A stretch of 36,163 bases of DNA, taken from assembly GCA_001949185.1 (NCBI GenBank), contig BDGG01000005.1:3250464-3286626 (forward strand), in the 5' to 3' direction. Positions 23,401 through 35,300 of this stretch are shown here, in pieces (position 1 is the stretch's first letter; each line of letters starts with the position of its first letter). The notes beneath the pieces are model-generated. The model saw only the letters and a program-made list of their open reading frames with translations, searched no databases and was not told where the DNA came from. Origin of the DNA: Ramazzottius varieornatus (lineage: Eukaryota > Animalia > Tardigrada). Made by a program: the position numbers and the translations under genes.

Positions 23401-26400
23401 ACGTAGACGTTCATTAGGAGGACGACCAGTATCCACAGGTTCTCTTCGCCGTTGGCCACTTTCAGAAGTCTTCTGAAGAGGAAGCTTCGTCTCTGCACCG
23501 GTATGTGCGGCAACGTGTCGACGAAAAGCTCCATGATATTCCGGACGACGTTATGCGTGTTAGACGCAACAGTCTGCAATAAGAAATTTCACTAAATATA
23601 TACTCAAAATATGATCCAAGTTTTTACTTTTAATTGCTTTAATAGTTCTTTTTTTCTTCAGCATGTGGCCCGTCGACAAATGAATTCGCCCAGATCAAAT
23701 CCCAAGTAACGCACGCTTGTAGCTTATAACACTCCAGACGTGCGCCACTTTGAAAACGATCTTGTCCGGTGTTCCAAGTGGCGCACGAAACCAGTCAATG
23801 ACACTGGAAAGCGCTACTTGAGATAAAGACCTGAGTGAAATCCATTGCCGACGTTCTATTTGAGAAAAATCATTTCGGAAAATTCTATTGCGGATTGTTT
23901 TGTTTGAGGACCTGCATCATGACCGGGACGATGACGTCGATGGTTCTTCCCACAACTTCGACGCTGTACTGATCATCCTTGTTCAGCAGGCGGTTGCCGC
24001 TGAGGGTGAAAATGGTCATGCAGTGCTGGATGACGTCGTTTGGCACGATCAGCGCCAGCGTTGACAGGAGCGTCAAGGCCGCCAGGTGCGTCTGGTTGTC
24101 CGCGCTGCTCTGGATGCACTTCACGATGGCCGGAATGTCCAGAACCTTCGTACCTAACAATACTCTGCAAACACAAGGAAAAATATCTTAGTTCCTCCGT
24201 CAATAGTTCAGAAGCTATTTGGCGCTCGGCAAACAAACCAATTACAAATTTCTGAAGTGGCGCACACTTTCAGCCAATATCACGAAAACGTGCGCTACTT
24301 GGAAAATCAACACAATCATTCCTCCGAGTGGCGCACGCAACCAGCTGGTGTAACTGAGAACAAGCGACACCGGAAAATCAATCTTGTCAAGTATGTCTGC
24401 TAGACTCCCATTCTTAACTTATCTTTTCATTCATAGGTAATTGAAGGAAAAAAAGTTGACTGTTTATACTACTATACACAAAATTTGTCAATGTTCTCGA
24501 AATTCATCCGTAAGAAAATTTTCGGTAACATTTATCACATTTTCTGGCTTACTTTTCTTGGCTGGAATCCGCAGTCAGTCGTTTACAGTGGAAGTTCAGC
24601 GTCGCGAAGATGAGTCTTCGCGCCATCTCGATATCTTCGATCAAGCTTCCCTTCTCTTCCCCTTCCTCTTCCACCATATCACCTTCCCCTCCCACACTTC
24701 TCCCCTCTCCCTCCATCTTGTCCTTCTCTTGCACGACGACCGTCTCTTTGGCAAGCTCAAAAAGTTCTTTCAAGAGCAGGTACGGATCGGAGACTTTCTT
24801 CTTTGCTTGGACGAGGTCTAGCACGGAAGTCACCCGCTGCCAGAAGGTCCTCGACTGCTTCTGAGTATCATTCAATGAGGCTAGACCCTTTGAAAGCCTT
24901 TTGGTGGGAGGAAGTGATATTGCAGGAGTACCGTTGAGTTGGTCGACGATGAGCTTTGCGGGAATACGGACGTGCTTGAGAAACTTGCGGAAAGCCGGAC
25001 GGGAGGAAGGGTTGATCTTGTCCGTGTAAATCGTCATAATTTCCTGTCCATGAGAACAAAATTTTAACCATGCGAATTTCCAAATTCATCATGTTGAACT
25101 CGCAGGGAACATACTTTAAAGCAGAAAAACTTCAAAGCGATACAAGGGAAACCTGCTCCACGTAGACCGCCAGACGGCAAACGAAACGCGCCACATTGCA
25201 GAGACCTGGATACACATGCACAGCAGCTAAAACGATGCTGCGTGTATGCAGGTGCGTGAAATTTTACCCCGTTTCGTACGCAAATCGGCTTTTTGACCGC
25301 TATTGCTGTTTCGGTTTGTAGACGGATCGAAACCTGTAGACTTTTGGTTTTTTGACTATTTTCCACGATCAGTCTTCCATTTTACTAGGGCAAAACTCGT
25401 ACCTCAAATTTCATACACGCACGATGGGTAAGTATGGGACAGGCGGAAAGGACGGCAAATTTACATCCTGAATGCGAGCCAGCAATGAAAAATCGAGCCC
25501 ATGACGTAATGCAGTGAAATTTAACCGTAGAAAATTGTCATGGACAGTGCCTATTAGCCGATCAGCTGTTTAACTTTTGTGCTTCGAGACTACGGATGGT
25601 TTATTTACTTTCTTCCAGAGACGCTCTCGAATTCATATCGTTTCTGTAACCCATATCGTTTCTGTTTCCATAATGACCCAGCCCTTCAAGACCAAGCAAC
25701 CTCGACGGTACACCGAAAAGCCTTCAAGGACGCGCTTTCTGCTGTTCAGCACGTACGTACAGCAAAGCAGCCTTCAGTGTTGGTTTTTACTTCTAGTAAG
25801 AATCACCTGCTCGTGCCGCCGTAGCGAAAAGACCTGTCCCATACTTTTTACTGTCCCATACTTACACATCGTGCGTGTACTGCCGATAACTAAACAGAGA
25901 CCGAACTTCCGGTCACTCTAACTGACTTACACGAAGTAGTTTACCGTACAGTTCTTCCCCAACATCCGCCGGTACCATGAAAAATAGTTGCTGCAACAAG
26001 ACTTCAGACGGTCCGCGGACATTCAGCCTCGTGGGGAGCCTCAACGCCGCCAGCATCGGTTGGACGACTAGCTTCTCCATCTCGTCGTTGGAGACTAGGG
26101 GATAGTTGGGACCGAAGGACTGTGTAGCCAGTCGTTCGAGGCATTCATTCAAAATGCGGATCTGTAGGGCGTCGAGCTTATCGTAGTCGCTGATAAGCCA
26201 GTCCACGGTCTCGTGTAGTCGGGTGAAGACCACGAGCGGTTTGACCAGGCGAAGGGCGATCAGCATGTTCAGCTTAATCAGGTCAGGTGTGAAGCCTTTG
26301 GGAAGAAGGACTTCCAGCCAGATGTTCTCCGTACTTTCTCCCGGTGAGGTCGTGAACAAGTCACCTGAAAACATCCAGCACATTTTACTGATGGGCAAAA

Positions 26401-29400
26401 CCCCGATATACCCATTATAGCAAGAAAACGTGAGTTCAAACACCTACATACACGAAACCGTACATTCAGTGCGGCAGTCAAGTATGTAGGTTCGTGAAAG
26501 ATAACGATGATTCCTCAATAACATCGCCCTCAATAACAGGCCATCTCGGACCGGAAGTCACGCGATATTTCTGCTTCTTGAAACCGTCAGAGTGCCGAGT
26601 AAGTTTGGCACATTTAGTTAAGGCACTTAGTTAAGGCATCAGCCGGCTTAGCTCCACTTGGAACATTTCGAAAGAATTCAGGAAGTTGATCGAAATTGTA
26701 AAACGAGAGCATACGGTCAATATGTTACAAATCTCAAATTGTAAAACGAGACCATATGGTGAATATGTTACAGATCTCAAAATTACGCGGTCTACTGACC
26801 CTAAAACTCTCTGCCCACCGAAGTGTATTAAAGACATGCATATTATGATGTAATTCCTACAGAGAGCAATATTCAAAAACTTTAAACATTTCCGGCCTAC
26901 CTAGAGTGTGAATAACTTCCTCGTCGATGTTGCGCGCTTCGGAATAATGAAACCGAAAGTTGAAAATTTCTTAGCTTGTTCGCGGATTGACGTCGAGTCG
27001 CATGGATCATAAGGATATAAACGGAGAAAGTCTCGGTCAAAAAAATCATATTTTCCATTTCCCATTCAAACTCTATGCGAGACTCGCATATCGTTTCTAG
27101 TTTTTCCGATCATAATCAAATCTTTTCTGCCCGGGCGTCTTCAACCTTTGGAAGGAAGAATGTCGTGGATCAATGTTACATGCGTGAGTCTCGCCATTTT
27201 GGCTCTCCATCTGGACACCATAGGAGCCGCAGACCGGAAGTCCACCGGTCACCAATCCGCAGCTGATGTCCATTACTCAGTCCAACCGTCCCCCCGCCAG
27301 CGCTCCGGAGCTTTTATGCAGCACAAAGACCTCCACGCTAAGCGGGACCTGAGGCGGGGAGGTCGTATTGCCATCCCCACCCGCACCACCAAGAGGGCCA
27401 CTACGCTTAAAGTTATCTCCCTGTCCACCCGCGCCACCACACAGCAAGTCACTGTTCCGACCGGCCCTCCCCCGTGCAATCCCTGCAATGGAGCCAACTG
27501 CCCATCGGGCCAAGGATACCCTAACTGTGGTGAATGTGAGTTGGGCGGTGGAAACTGGCCGTCTGCTGATCGTTCAACTTGCTGGTGGTAAAGTCAAGAA
27601 CAGATCCCGCGAATAAGAAAGCAGAACTTAACTTCCAAGTTGCCCGCCAAGATATGCTGATTCCACTCGCTGTTAAATGCCTATCGCTTCCTCTATAACC
27701 CGCGCTTCCGAAATTGACCGAAAGCTCGATAAACAAACTCTGCCCGATCGTTATTCGCAGTGGTGCGTCTTTTCAGTGCTATTGACCGCGAGCGTGCGCC
27801 ACTTCACAAACTCTACTTGATCGTTTTCACAAGTGGCGCACGTTTTCTGTGTTACGGGCGAAGGCGTGCGCCGGTTGTGAAAACCATCTCGTCGCGTTAC
27901 TTTACCGAGAGCCTCAGTGTTTTAAAGAAAACAGAACTGTCTGTTTTCCTGGCGTTATAAAGATTTGTTATTGAGGTGGCCTATCTTCGTACCTAGAAGT
28001 TGGGTGATGGCCATATCGTCCATCTCAATCATGTCTCTCTTTTCCAAGATGGCGGCAAACAGCTTCTCGACCGGTACATCCTGGAACTGGTGTCTTTCCA
28101 TCACACTGCCAATCAGCTTCAGTCCACCCATCCTCATTCTCGTGTCTTCGTGCCTCATGGCTGGTACTGCGATACTCAGAAGTTCCGTCACCTGGAACAA
28201 AATAGATTGAAATGCCAATCTCCACATTTACACCCATTTCCAACCCGTCACAAAGAGTTGCATACTCACTGCAGCCACCTGCGTACTTGAAAATCGGACT
28301 AGGCACAATACCCATATGTATGCAGGTTCTTGAGAGATCTTGCTGTACTGAGCTAGCAAGATCCTGCATACTAAAATAACAGCACATTCGTGCAAACCGG
28401 ATTTTGCAGGTTTAGGACAGAAACTTCGCTCCCGCTTCCCGACATATCCGCCGAAAACCCATTGCTAGACATACCTTGCTCTTATCCAGCGACTCTTCTT
28501 TGATCATTCTCACTGCTTCGGCGCTCCAGAACAACACGTCCCTCACAAAGCCCTGCTTGCTGTCTTGTCTGCCCATCACACACGGCAACAGCGCCACCAG
28601 GGTCTTCATGTCCGTCACGACCGAGCACGTAAAGACCACGACCAGTGCCTCACGGAAATGATTATCATTCGTGAGAGAGTACACTTCGTCCAGAACAAAC
28701 CTGGCGGCACGAAGCAGCGACATCTGGTTAGGAGGCCTTTGTGTGCTGGAATTTTTGCGAGAGGGTACTTCCCGTTGGAAGAGTAACGAACACCAGCCGA
28801 GGACGACAGCGGCGGGGAGCTTGTGCTTCTTGAGGTGGTGAAGGGCTTGTTCAAGATACTCTTCGTTCAACTTTCGGTTGCCCAACTTCACTTTACCCAT
28901 CAGCGAGGCAATCTGAAGCCGAGAGAAGAAAGAACATGGAACCTCGGCGGAGAAACTCGATCACATTATTTTCCCAAGTGGCGCACATTTTCGGTATTAC
29001 AGGCTGGCAGAATGCGCCATCTGGGAAAGTTCGGCCAAATTGTTTTCCTACGTGCCGCATGTTTTTGGTGTAACCGGCCAAAACCGAGCGCCACTTTGGA
29101 AAGCAATCTGGTCGAGTCTGCTGCCTGGACTCAGGAAAAGGGAACCAAGATCTTAAACTGGTGTGGTTGACTTACACAGTCAAGAATTGACGCAGCTTCA
29201 GCAGAATCAAAGAAGATCTGCAATCTACCGATGATCACGACGAGTACGGTAATGGTTATGACTGCAGCGGAAGTGGGAAAGTGCGGCCTAGACATCAACG
29301 TCGCCAAGCTTTTCACACAAGACAGAACTGAGTCACTGTTCTTCGCCAGGAAATCTCCCACTAAGTTTTCCATAAGCTCACTCATCGCCAAGGTTTCCTG

Positions 29401-31723
29401 CCGAGAAGACGAACGGTTAAAAACCTGTAGACAACTAAAACTATAAAAAAAGAAATAGATTTCACTCACGTGGGAAGCGGACAGTGTTGTAGGAAACATG
29501 GCCCGTAATTCTTCGCACTCTTCCACCTTGTGGTTTCTCTTCGACAAAGCCGTTACGAAAAACGGCAGAACGTCACAGACCGCTCCAGTCTTCATCAAAG
29601 CAACTAAGGCTTTCGCTTCCACTGCGCTCCACTTCTTTGGGATTTCTTTGGTGGAGACTTCACACAGCAACTTCGTCAGCAGCTCTTTCAGTTCATCTGC
29701 CGACAACTTCTTCTCCAAAAGCGATGCGCTGTCCAACACCTTCAGCACCACGTTTGGATCCACATCCGAAAACCTACAAAAAAATTCACCGATAAAATCC
29801 TCTCGTATTTACTTCGTGGAATCTTATAGAATTTTTCATTTACCGTTCTTTAATCATGTTAGACGTGAATTCCTCCCCGACGCCTTCCATGGCATCCTCT
29901 TCGTTCAGCAGTGCCGTCACAGCATCCAGTCTGACTGCCGTGTTGGGATGGTTCAAACGAAGGAAGAACGAAGTGGTGGAAGGCAGATCGGTTAGGTTGA
30001 CAGCATCAGCTTGTTGCACGAAGACCAAATCGAGTCTTTCCAACAAGTTGTCATTCTCTGTTCCCACCTCGTTCAGAAGGAAACTCCACGTCACCGGCTC
30101 TAGCTCGCGCATTTTGGCCAGACACCGAGCGAGATGCGGCTCCACTTCGACCACCAGCTTCTTATTCTTCAATGTTTCCCCCACCGAATATCTGAGATAC
30201 AACAAAAAAAATTGAAAATAAATTCCGACAGAAAATAAATTTTCGGAAATTCTTTCCCTACCTGACGATTGTTTTCTTCAAGGAATCATCCATCCAAACT
30301 TCCTTTATGGTTTTTTCTAGTAGCTTTTCGACTGTAGAGGTGTATGGATTTTCTTCGTGAATTAAAGCATCAACAAGGTTCCTCATCAACGTCAGAAGGA
30401 ATTCTTCCATCTTATTTACTTTCAAGGTTTGCACCAACAAGCTCACAAACCCTTCATTCGCAAAAAGCTTAAAGAACTCCTCCGAGAACTTCTGCTCTTC
30501 TTGAGCGGTCAAGATCACAGCTAAAGCCTTGATGCCATTTTCATCACCAAATTTCGCGGCCGACTCGCCGATGACGGTGATCAGCACTTTGTATGTAGCG
30601 TCTTTGATTCTAGTTTGCTGGTTCAAGGTAGCGATGACCGTGTAAGCTATCAGGCGATAGTCTGACTCGGAAGACTTGAGACACTTCCCCATGCAGGGAA
30701 GAATGCTGGCTACGAGGGCGTTGTCGACTTCCTGGACGAAGTACAGCAGAGCGATCAAAGTCGAGGCGAAGAATTTGCCAAAGACGTCGTTGGAAGCAAC
30801 GGGGACGTCGGATGTGGCTCTTTGGGACAGTTCTTCGCAGAGGAACTGCTGGAACCATACTTCTTTGCTGAGGAATTTCAAAAGATCTTTCTTCGGAAGA
30901 ACCACTCCTGGAAAGAAACGACAGCCTTTGCTGTTAAATATTCGCGAAGTCAACAACGCAGGACGAAAATGAGACCAGTATCGCCAGCAGATTACACAGT
31001 CCCCATGGAACATTTGAATACGCAGAACAGCTGTTTGATTAGCGAGAGAGCATAATACTACTGTGCAGCATGGAAAAGCAGTTGGCACTCTGTTCGGTCT
31101 GTTCCTTTCAAAGTTCAGAGCGTAACCCGATGAACAGACGCATGATGTCAACAATTCGTACAGCAGAAAACGGGTGTTTTGTAACTCATGCGCTGATTCA
31201 ACGGATAAAGCGTACCTTTCTTTTGGATGCCTTTCAGCCATTCCCATTTCTTGTCAAACTGAAATTCTAACAACTGGACCATACGGACAAAAATGTTGGT
31301 TTCATGGTAGGGAAGGAAGCACAGCATTAGATCGCCAACATTGTACTGGTGAATATGAAAACGGACGAGCAGCCATTCGATTGCTTTCTGCGCCGGTCGG
31401 ACCATGACGTACGGCGATATCAGTCGCAGAAACTCCGCGATCCTCGCGTCCAGCTGCTTGTTGACATCGCTGGTCTGGACAGAACGCTCGATACTCTGAC
31501 TGACTTCTGCGAAAAGAGTTGACTCAAAGGTGGTGAAGGCATCGTTCAAGAGCTGCAGCTCTTGTAGTCCACCAAGACCGATGCCGTAGATGTCTTGGAT
31601 ATCGTAGTTGGCTGCTTCGCCAGCTTCGAAGAGCAGAGAAGCTTTCTTGCGTCCTTGGTGTAGGAACGTGTCGGTCTGGGGAGCGGCGAGCTTTTGCAGC
31701 TGTCGAGCTAGAGATGTAGCCAT
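17436..31723 (-). CDS. HEATR1: HEAT repeat-containing protein 1 / U3 snoRNA-associated protein 10, ~2050 aa, ~17 exons (31723-31216, 30907-30262, 30191-29844, 29773-29470, 29424-29176, 28912-28475, ~28347-28270, 28191-27993, 26364-25931, 25043-24553, 24164-23912, 23573-23292, 20763-20471, 20174-19840, 19488-19019, 18646-18056, 17675-17436)
   Basis: N-terminus MATSLARQLQKLAAPQ...SLLF...ERSVQT...LISPY...AQKAIEWL..RFHIHQYN...LPYHET; C-terminal BP28CT-type text PEGNFRSLF, RLLTFY, LWKPLHYQ, VRVAAL, LLPEAVTFLVEL. Exon phases join; exon 4/5 and exon 7 boundaries are less certain. Confidence 0.95.
17745..17990. repeat. Degenerate ~115-bp intronic repeat with alternating CATGCACC/GGTGCATG motifs
   Basis: CATGCACC at 17749, 17865, 17976; GGTGCATG at 17802, 17918. 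Confidence 0.6.
18709..18870. repeat. GTGGCGCACG foldback family, copy B (HEATR1 intron)
   Basis: Termini GGCAAACAAACTCGAC / GTCGAGTTTGTT with two internal motif pairs. Confidence 0.8.
19558..19713. repeat. GTGGCGCACG foldback family, copy C (HEATR1 intron)
   Basis: Termini AAACTTGACCAGATCGT / ACGATCTGGTCGATTT; two motif pairs, each with a 23-nt gap. Confidence 0.8.
20233..20468. repeat. GTGGCGCACG foldback family, copy D (HEATR1 intron, abuts donor site)
   Basis: CAAACTCGAC ... three hairpin units (middle one decayed) ... TCTGGTCGAAT. Confidence 0.8.
22106..22536 (+). CDS. Nested antisense two-exon gene encoding a 67-aa acidic, likely disordered microprotein; exons 22106-22156 and 22384-22536
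   Basis: CAAAATG start, AAG|GTAAAC donor, TTGTTACAG acceptor (phase 0), C/G-ending codon bias, AATAAA at 22947. Product MDLGVKPEVKTPPKPEKKKTDDDEEEEEEPNLFNMTDAERRKSLRTDADDKAYQDFLKSCGEKHEVN. Confidence 0.7.
23025..23123. repeat. GTGGCGCACG foldback family, copy E (HEATR1 intron)
   Basis: CAAGTGGCGCACATTTTC ... TGCGCCACTTGGAAAAGCAATCTTGTCGAGTCTGTTTGCC. Confidence 0.8.
23682..23835. repeat. GTGGCGCACG foldback family, copy F (HEATR1 intron)
   Basis: Two units with a 72-nt period (cores at 23706 and 23778). Confidence 0.8.
24228..24400. repeat. GTGGCGCACG foldback family, copy G (HEATR1 intron)
   Basis: GGCAAACAAAC start; cores at 24257 and 24328; AATCTTGTCAAGT end. Confidence 0.8.
25414..25879. 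mobile_element. MITE (~465 bp) with TA target duplication in HEATR1 intron
   Basis: TACACGCACGATGGGTAAGTATGGGACAG (25414-25442) vs CTGTCCCATACTTACACATCGTGCGTGTA (25851-25879): 28/29 inverted match including TA. Confidence 0.85.
26693..26778. repeat. 43-bp tandem duplication
   Basis: AAATTGTAAAACGAGAGCATACGGTCAATATGTTACAAATCTC x2 with 4 mismatches. Confidence 0.85.
27160..27591 (+). CDS. Nested antisense single-exon gene: secreted 143-aa precursor with dibasic sites, Thr-rich linker and C-terminal 6-Cys domain
   Basis: Signal peptide MSWINVTCVSLAILALHLDTIGA; KR/RR sites; C-x2-C-x4-C-x8-C-x2-C-x14-C-WW end; TATAAA at ~27016; lies wholly within HEATR1 intron 26365-27992. Confidence 0.75.
   Translation: MSWINVTCVSLAILALHLDTIGAADRKSTGHQSAADVHYSVQPSPRQRSGAFMQHKDLHAKRDLRRGGRIAIPTRTTKRATTLKVISLSTRATTQQVTVPTGPPPCNPCNGANCPSGQGYPNCGECELGGGNWPSADRSTCWW
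27730..27900. repeat. GTGGCGCACG foldback family, copy H (HEATR1 intron)
   Basis: AAACAAACTC start; CGTGCGCCACTT, AAGTGGCGCACG and CGTGCGCC cores. Confidence 0.8.
28946..29125. repeat. GTGGCGCACG foldback family, copy I (HEATR1 intron)
   Basis: GGCGGAGAAACTCGAT ... two units ... GCAATCTGGTCGAGTCTGCTGCC. Confidence 0.8.
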
Positions 31724-32119
31724 ATTCCACCTAGAATGGAAGATCAGGAAGAAAACTGCGGATCAAAATCTTGGACGGCGTGACTTATCACTTATCCACC
31801 TCGAACTGCGAATCAACAATCAATCGAATCCACTATTTTGCGAGAGCTCCGCCCAAAAGGCTGGCCTTCCAGCGGAGCTTTAGAATGAATCATAGACATC
31901 TTGAGTCATCGTAGAAAGCTGGTCAGGCATTCTATAGCCCTTAAATTCCGGAAACTATGGCAAGCCTGAGCTGAGCCTATGGCGGAAAGATCAGGATGGG
32001 AACCAAGGTTCATTTACAGCTGACGTAGTAGAAAGCGTCTTTCAGTCAAACAATCAACTCGGGACTCCGCGCAAACCGGTTACCACGCCCATTAACCAAT
32101 GGACAGAAAGGACGGGCCA

Positions 32120-32322
32120 ATGAACCAGCTGCGATTGGGTGGTCAACCTATTAATGCCAATGACTAGTATCGGTGGTCAAACATGGCAAAACCAATGGCC
32201 GGCTCCTAGCGCTCAACCTAGAAAGACCAATGGTCAACCGCTAGTGGTCAAGATAGCAAGACCAACGGTTAGCCACTAATGGTCAGTCTACCAAGATCAA
32301 TGGTCAACCGTAAGTGATCAAC
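32120..32322. repeat. Degenerate 35-bp minisatellite upstream of HEATR1
   Basis: CCAAT(GG)-like cores at 32157, 32192, 32227, 32262 and 32297 (exact 35-nt period), each followed by TGGTCAA-like text. Confidence 0.75.
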
Positions 32323-32373
32323 CAACCTACCCACCCACCCTGGCCATTGTACCATTGTACGATCCTCTACCTT

Positions 32374-35300
32374 TAGGGTTGTTAATGGATGGAGAAACGG
32401 TTAAATGGATGGATAAGCGGATGGATAAGAACTTATCCGGATACCATTCGGATGGATAAAAGGTTTATCCGAATCCAGCTTCCTGGGTAAAACTTTTATC
32501 CGGATTATCCGAATATTATCCGGTTAAACAAATTAGATACAAATTAAATGTTCAATCACTAGAGCCAAACCGAAACCACAAAACTTTGTAGCGTGTTTAC
32601 TTATCGCCTGTCATCATTGATACCATAGCTCCAAAAACCACCGTCCAAGAGTCCAGACATAACATGGCCTGAAGGGCCTCAGGTTCTAGACGGTTACGGA
32701 GGACGGTAACGTATCGACCACCAACAGAGAATGCACTCTAAGAAGGCACAGAAAAAGCCTGGGCAGCCAGAACATCCTTCGCAATGCGGTACAATGTCGG
32801 ATAGCGGCTTTCCGACATACTCCAAAATTTCAGGACATCTCTTTTGACTGATTCCTTTGGATCCAGGAAGAATTGGTCAACTTCGTTAAGCTGGAAGTCT
32901 GCTGCCGAAGTCACTTGCGCTATCAGCCGTTCGCGGATAGACAGCTGCGTATTCGGAGGTGGAGCAGTAGACTTCTCGGCAATGTGGGAACTTCTTTGGC
33001 TGTAATAGAAACAACTTACATACAGCCCAAGCCATAGTTCGTGCGCTTATAGCTGCAGCAACATCATAGAAAACGCCACTTACCTCGGAACACCTTTGTA
33101 TAGCTAGACAATGTGCTTCTACATGGTGCTGGCGGCGGTACGATTTTCTACTTAGGGCAGGTAGGCGTCTTTGAGGCTCGTTTCTAACAGTGGGCTATCA
33201 TGGAAACTTGTACTCTCACACCAGGTTTCTTCCAGGATAGTCTCAGACATTCATCCAGTTTAACCAACATGCCTTTGGCCAACTCGCAGATCCAGAGCGC
33301 CTAGGGAAAAAATCACGGTTTATAGACTGTACGGCGAAATGTAGGAATAATCGAGATATTTCGTTCGAGTAAACGTATAGCATTTAACTTAGTGAGGTCG
33401 TCTTCGAAGACTTCTAAATGGGTTCGCAAACCCCAAGTTCGGCTAAAGCCAGGTGGAAAGTGGAAGACTTGAAAGCCGAACAGTCTACGGAGACGGCCTC
33501 CAGAGGCTTCGGGAGTTCGACAAGATACTCCATGTCGATCCACTCTTCCGCTGATGGAACTTCGTCCTTGATGGCACCTTTCTGGACAAACAAGTAGTCG
33601 TGAAGTTCATGGCGTCGAGCGTATGCACTGTCGACCATGTGTAGCAAGCTAGTCCACCGGCAGCTTAAGGTCTTCGGTTGGGGGCTTGATAGTGTCAGGA
33701 AAGCTCTTACGGATGGTGGGCCGACGCACATATATCACACAGGCTCGTATCTAGTCCACTGTCACCACCTTCTTCTTGATCGCAACTTCCGCAATTTTAT
33801 TCACGATATGCGCCGCACACCAGTTCCGGAACGTGTTTGCTGTAAAGAAAGAAACGAGTAGTTTACTCAAAACACATAATCACAATATTCTCATGAAAAC
33901 TGACGAGATAAATCTCGTGGCAGTTCTGGCAGCTTCGCTTTTAGAATGGGAAACTTACCTTCAGGTGTAAACTGTGTTGTCCGGGAGAAACTCCGCTTTT
34001 CGACCGCCATCTCCGTGACCAGCAGCTCGAAGTACTCGACCATGTTGAGTGCTCCGTCTAGTCACTCCGAAGATTTTGTGGGCGACTCTAAACTCTCGAA
34101 GAGTTTCCATAACCGCGTTTTTCATGTTTTTGCCAGAATGGTTCTTTGGTATATAGCGGAAATCGAGAATGGCGTTTCTGAGTTTCCATTCGTTGTCTAT
34201 CCGGCGTATGGTGATGGCAAGATGCGTCAGTTTTCTCGCACTATCTTCCACATATCGGTAGTGAGAGATAAACGACTGGTCACCGCTGCAAGTTCTTCGA
34301 TGATCTGCATCTTCTGCACCTTGTATCCATCAAGGATAAGTCGACAAGGGACCCGGAAATAGTCACAGTTCGAGAAACAGTTCGACCGTACAGTAGGATG
34401 TATTCCTCACAGGTTGTAACCTGTCTTGCTTATTTCATGATAAGCACGAAGCGGTACCTTGTAACTGGGATTGAGACCGTTGATCATCCTAACGAAATGT
34501 GGTTCATCGACGGTGCCGATGGGTTTCGCAGTACAGACGATCCATTCCGTGAGGTTGTTAGTATAGCGCGTGGTTTCCGATTTCGACATGATCTGCGACT
34601 CATCCTTCTGCTTTGCACGAAACGCTTCGGGAATTAGCTTGCTCTCGACGGCATCCTTCAGCTTCGGCGGATGGCCATTCTTCTTACGGTAGTGCCAGTC
34701 AGACGTTCCCTGCACGTTCTTGCAGGTGGTGGAACAGTAGTTGCACTTTGCCGCGATTTTCCCATCTTTTCCCGTCGACTTGGTGAAGTGCTAGTTCATG
34801 TCCGAATGAGCCCCCTTACCCCTTTTCTTTGGTGGATTTGCCGTACCCGCCTTATTGGTTTCTCCGTAAAGGCTGTCAACGGCTCTCACAGGTGTTGTCG
34901 GACTCCGAAGTTGAGCTCAAGTTCCGCAACTTCGTCGTCAAGATCGTCGTGCGGGTCGTCGTCATCGTTGTTATTCCGTGTACGATTCCAAGAACTCTCT
35001 CGGCTGCCCATGCCTATGAACCATAATCGTAGAACTACAGACTAAAGCCTGTCAACTAGTGATCAAGGAGAAGGAGCAGTTCAGTAACATAAACATCGAT
35101 CAAAGCAAGAACGGAAGAGTGTAACGAAAAACAATCTTCGATGAGCTGACTTCCGCTAGGCTTGTAACAGTACAGAGATTGCGCATCGTTACGATCCTTT
35201 CAGACTGCTACCTAACGTTAGCAAGACAAGTCGGGCTGTTTTGCTTTGACTGTCAGTTTTATGGATTCAGGTAGGTTTATCTAGGTAAATTTCGGACGGA

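Noticed and set aside
13374-29125. CRISPR-like interpretation of the palindromic repeats with constant-length spacers
   Set aside because: Eukaryotic intronic context, motifs alternate in orientation, only 1-3 degenerate units per cluster, spacers are related to each other, and there are no cas genes.
30908-31215. Intronic snoRNA expected in a ribosome-biogenesis gene
   Set aside because: No convincing box C (RTGATGA)/box D pair with terminal stem, or H/ACA layout, was seen by eye; a snoscan/Infernal run would be needed.
17494-31883. Numerous plus-strand ORFs (e.g. 17494-18222, 18326-18829, 19020-19565, 19626-20231, 29498-29995)
   Set aside because: Antisense shadows of HEATR1 exons with no independent motifs.
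33313-35045. Active transposase or domesticated ZBED gene
   Set aside because: Multiple frameshifts and stops, including at the catalytic Glu codon.
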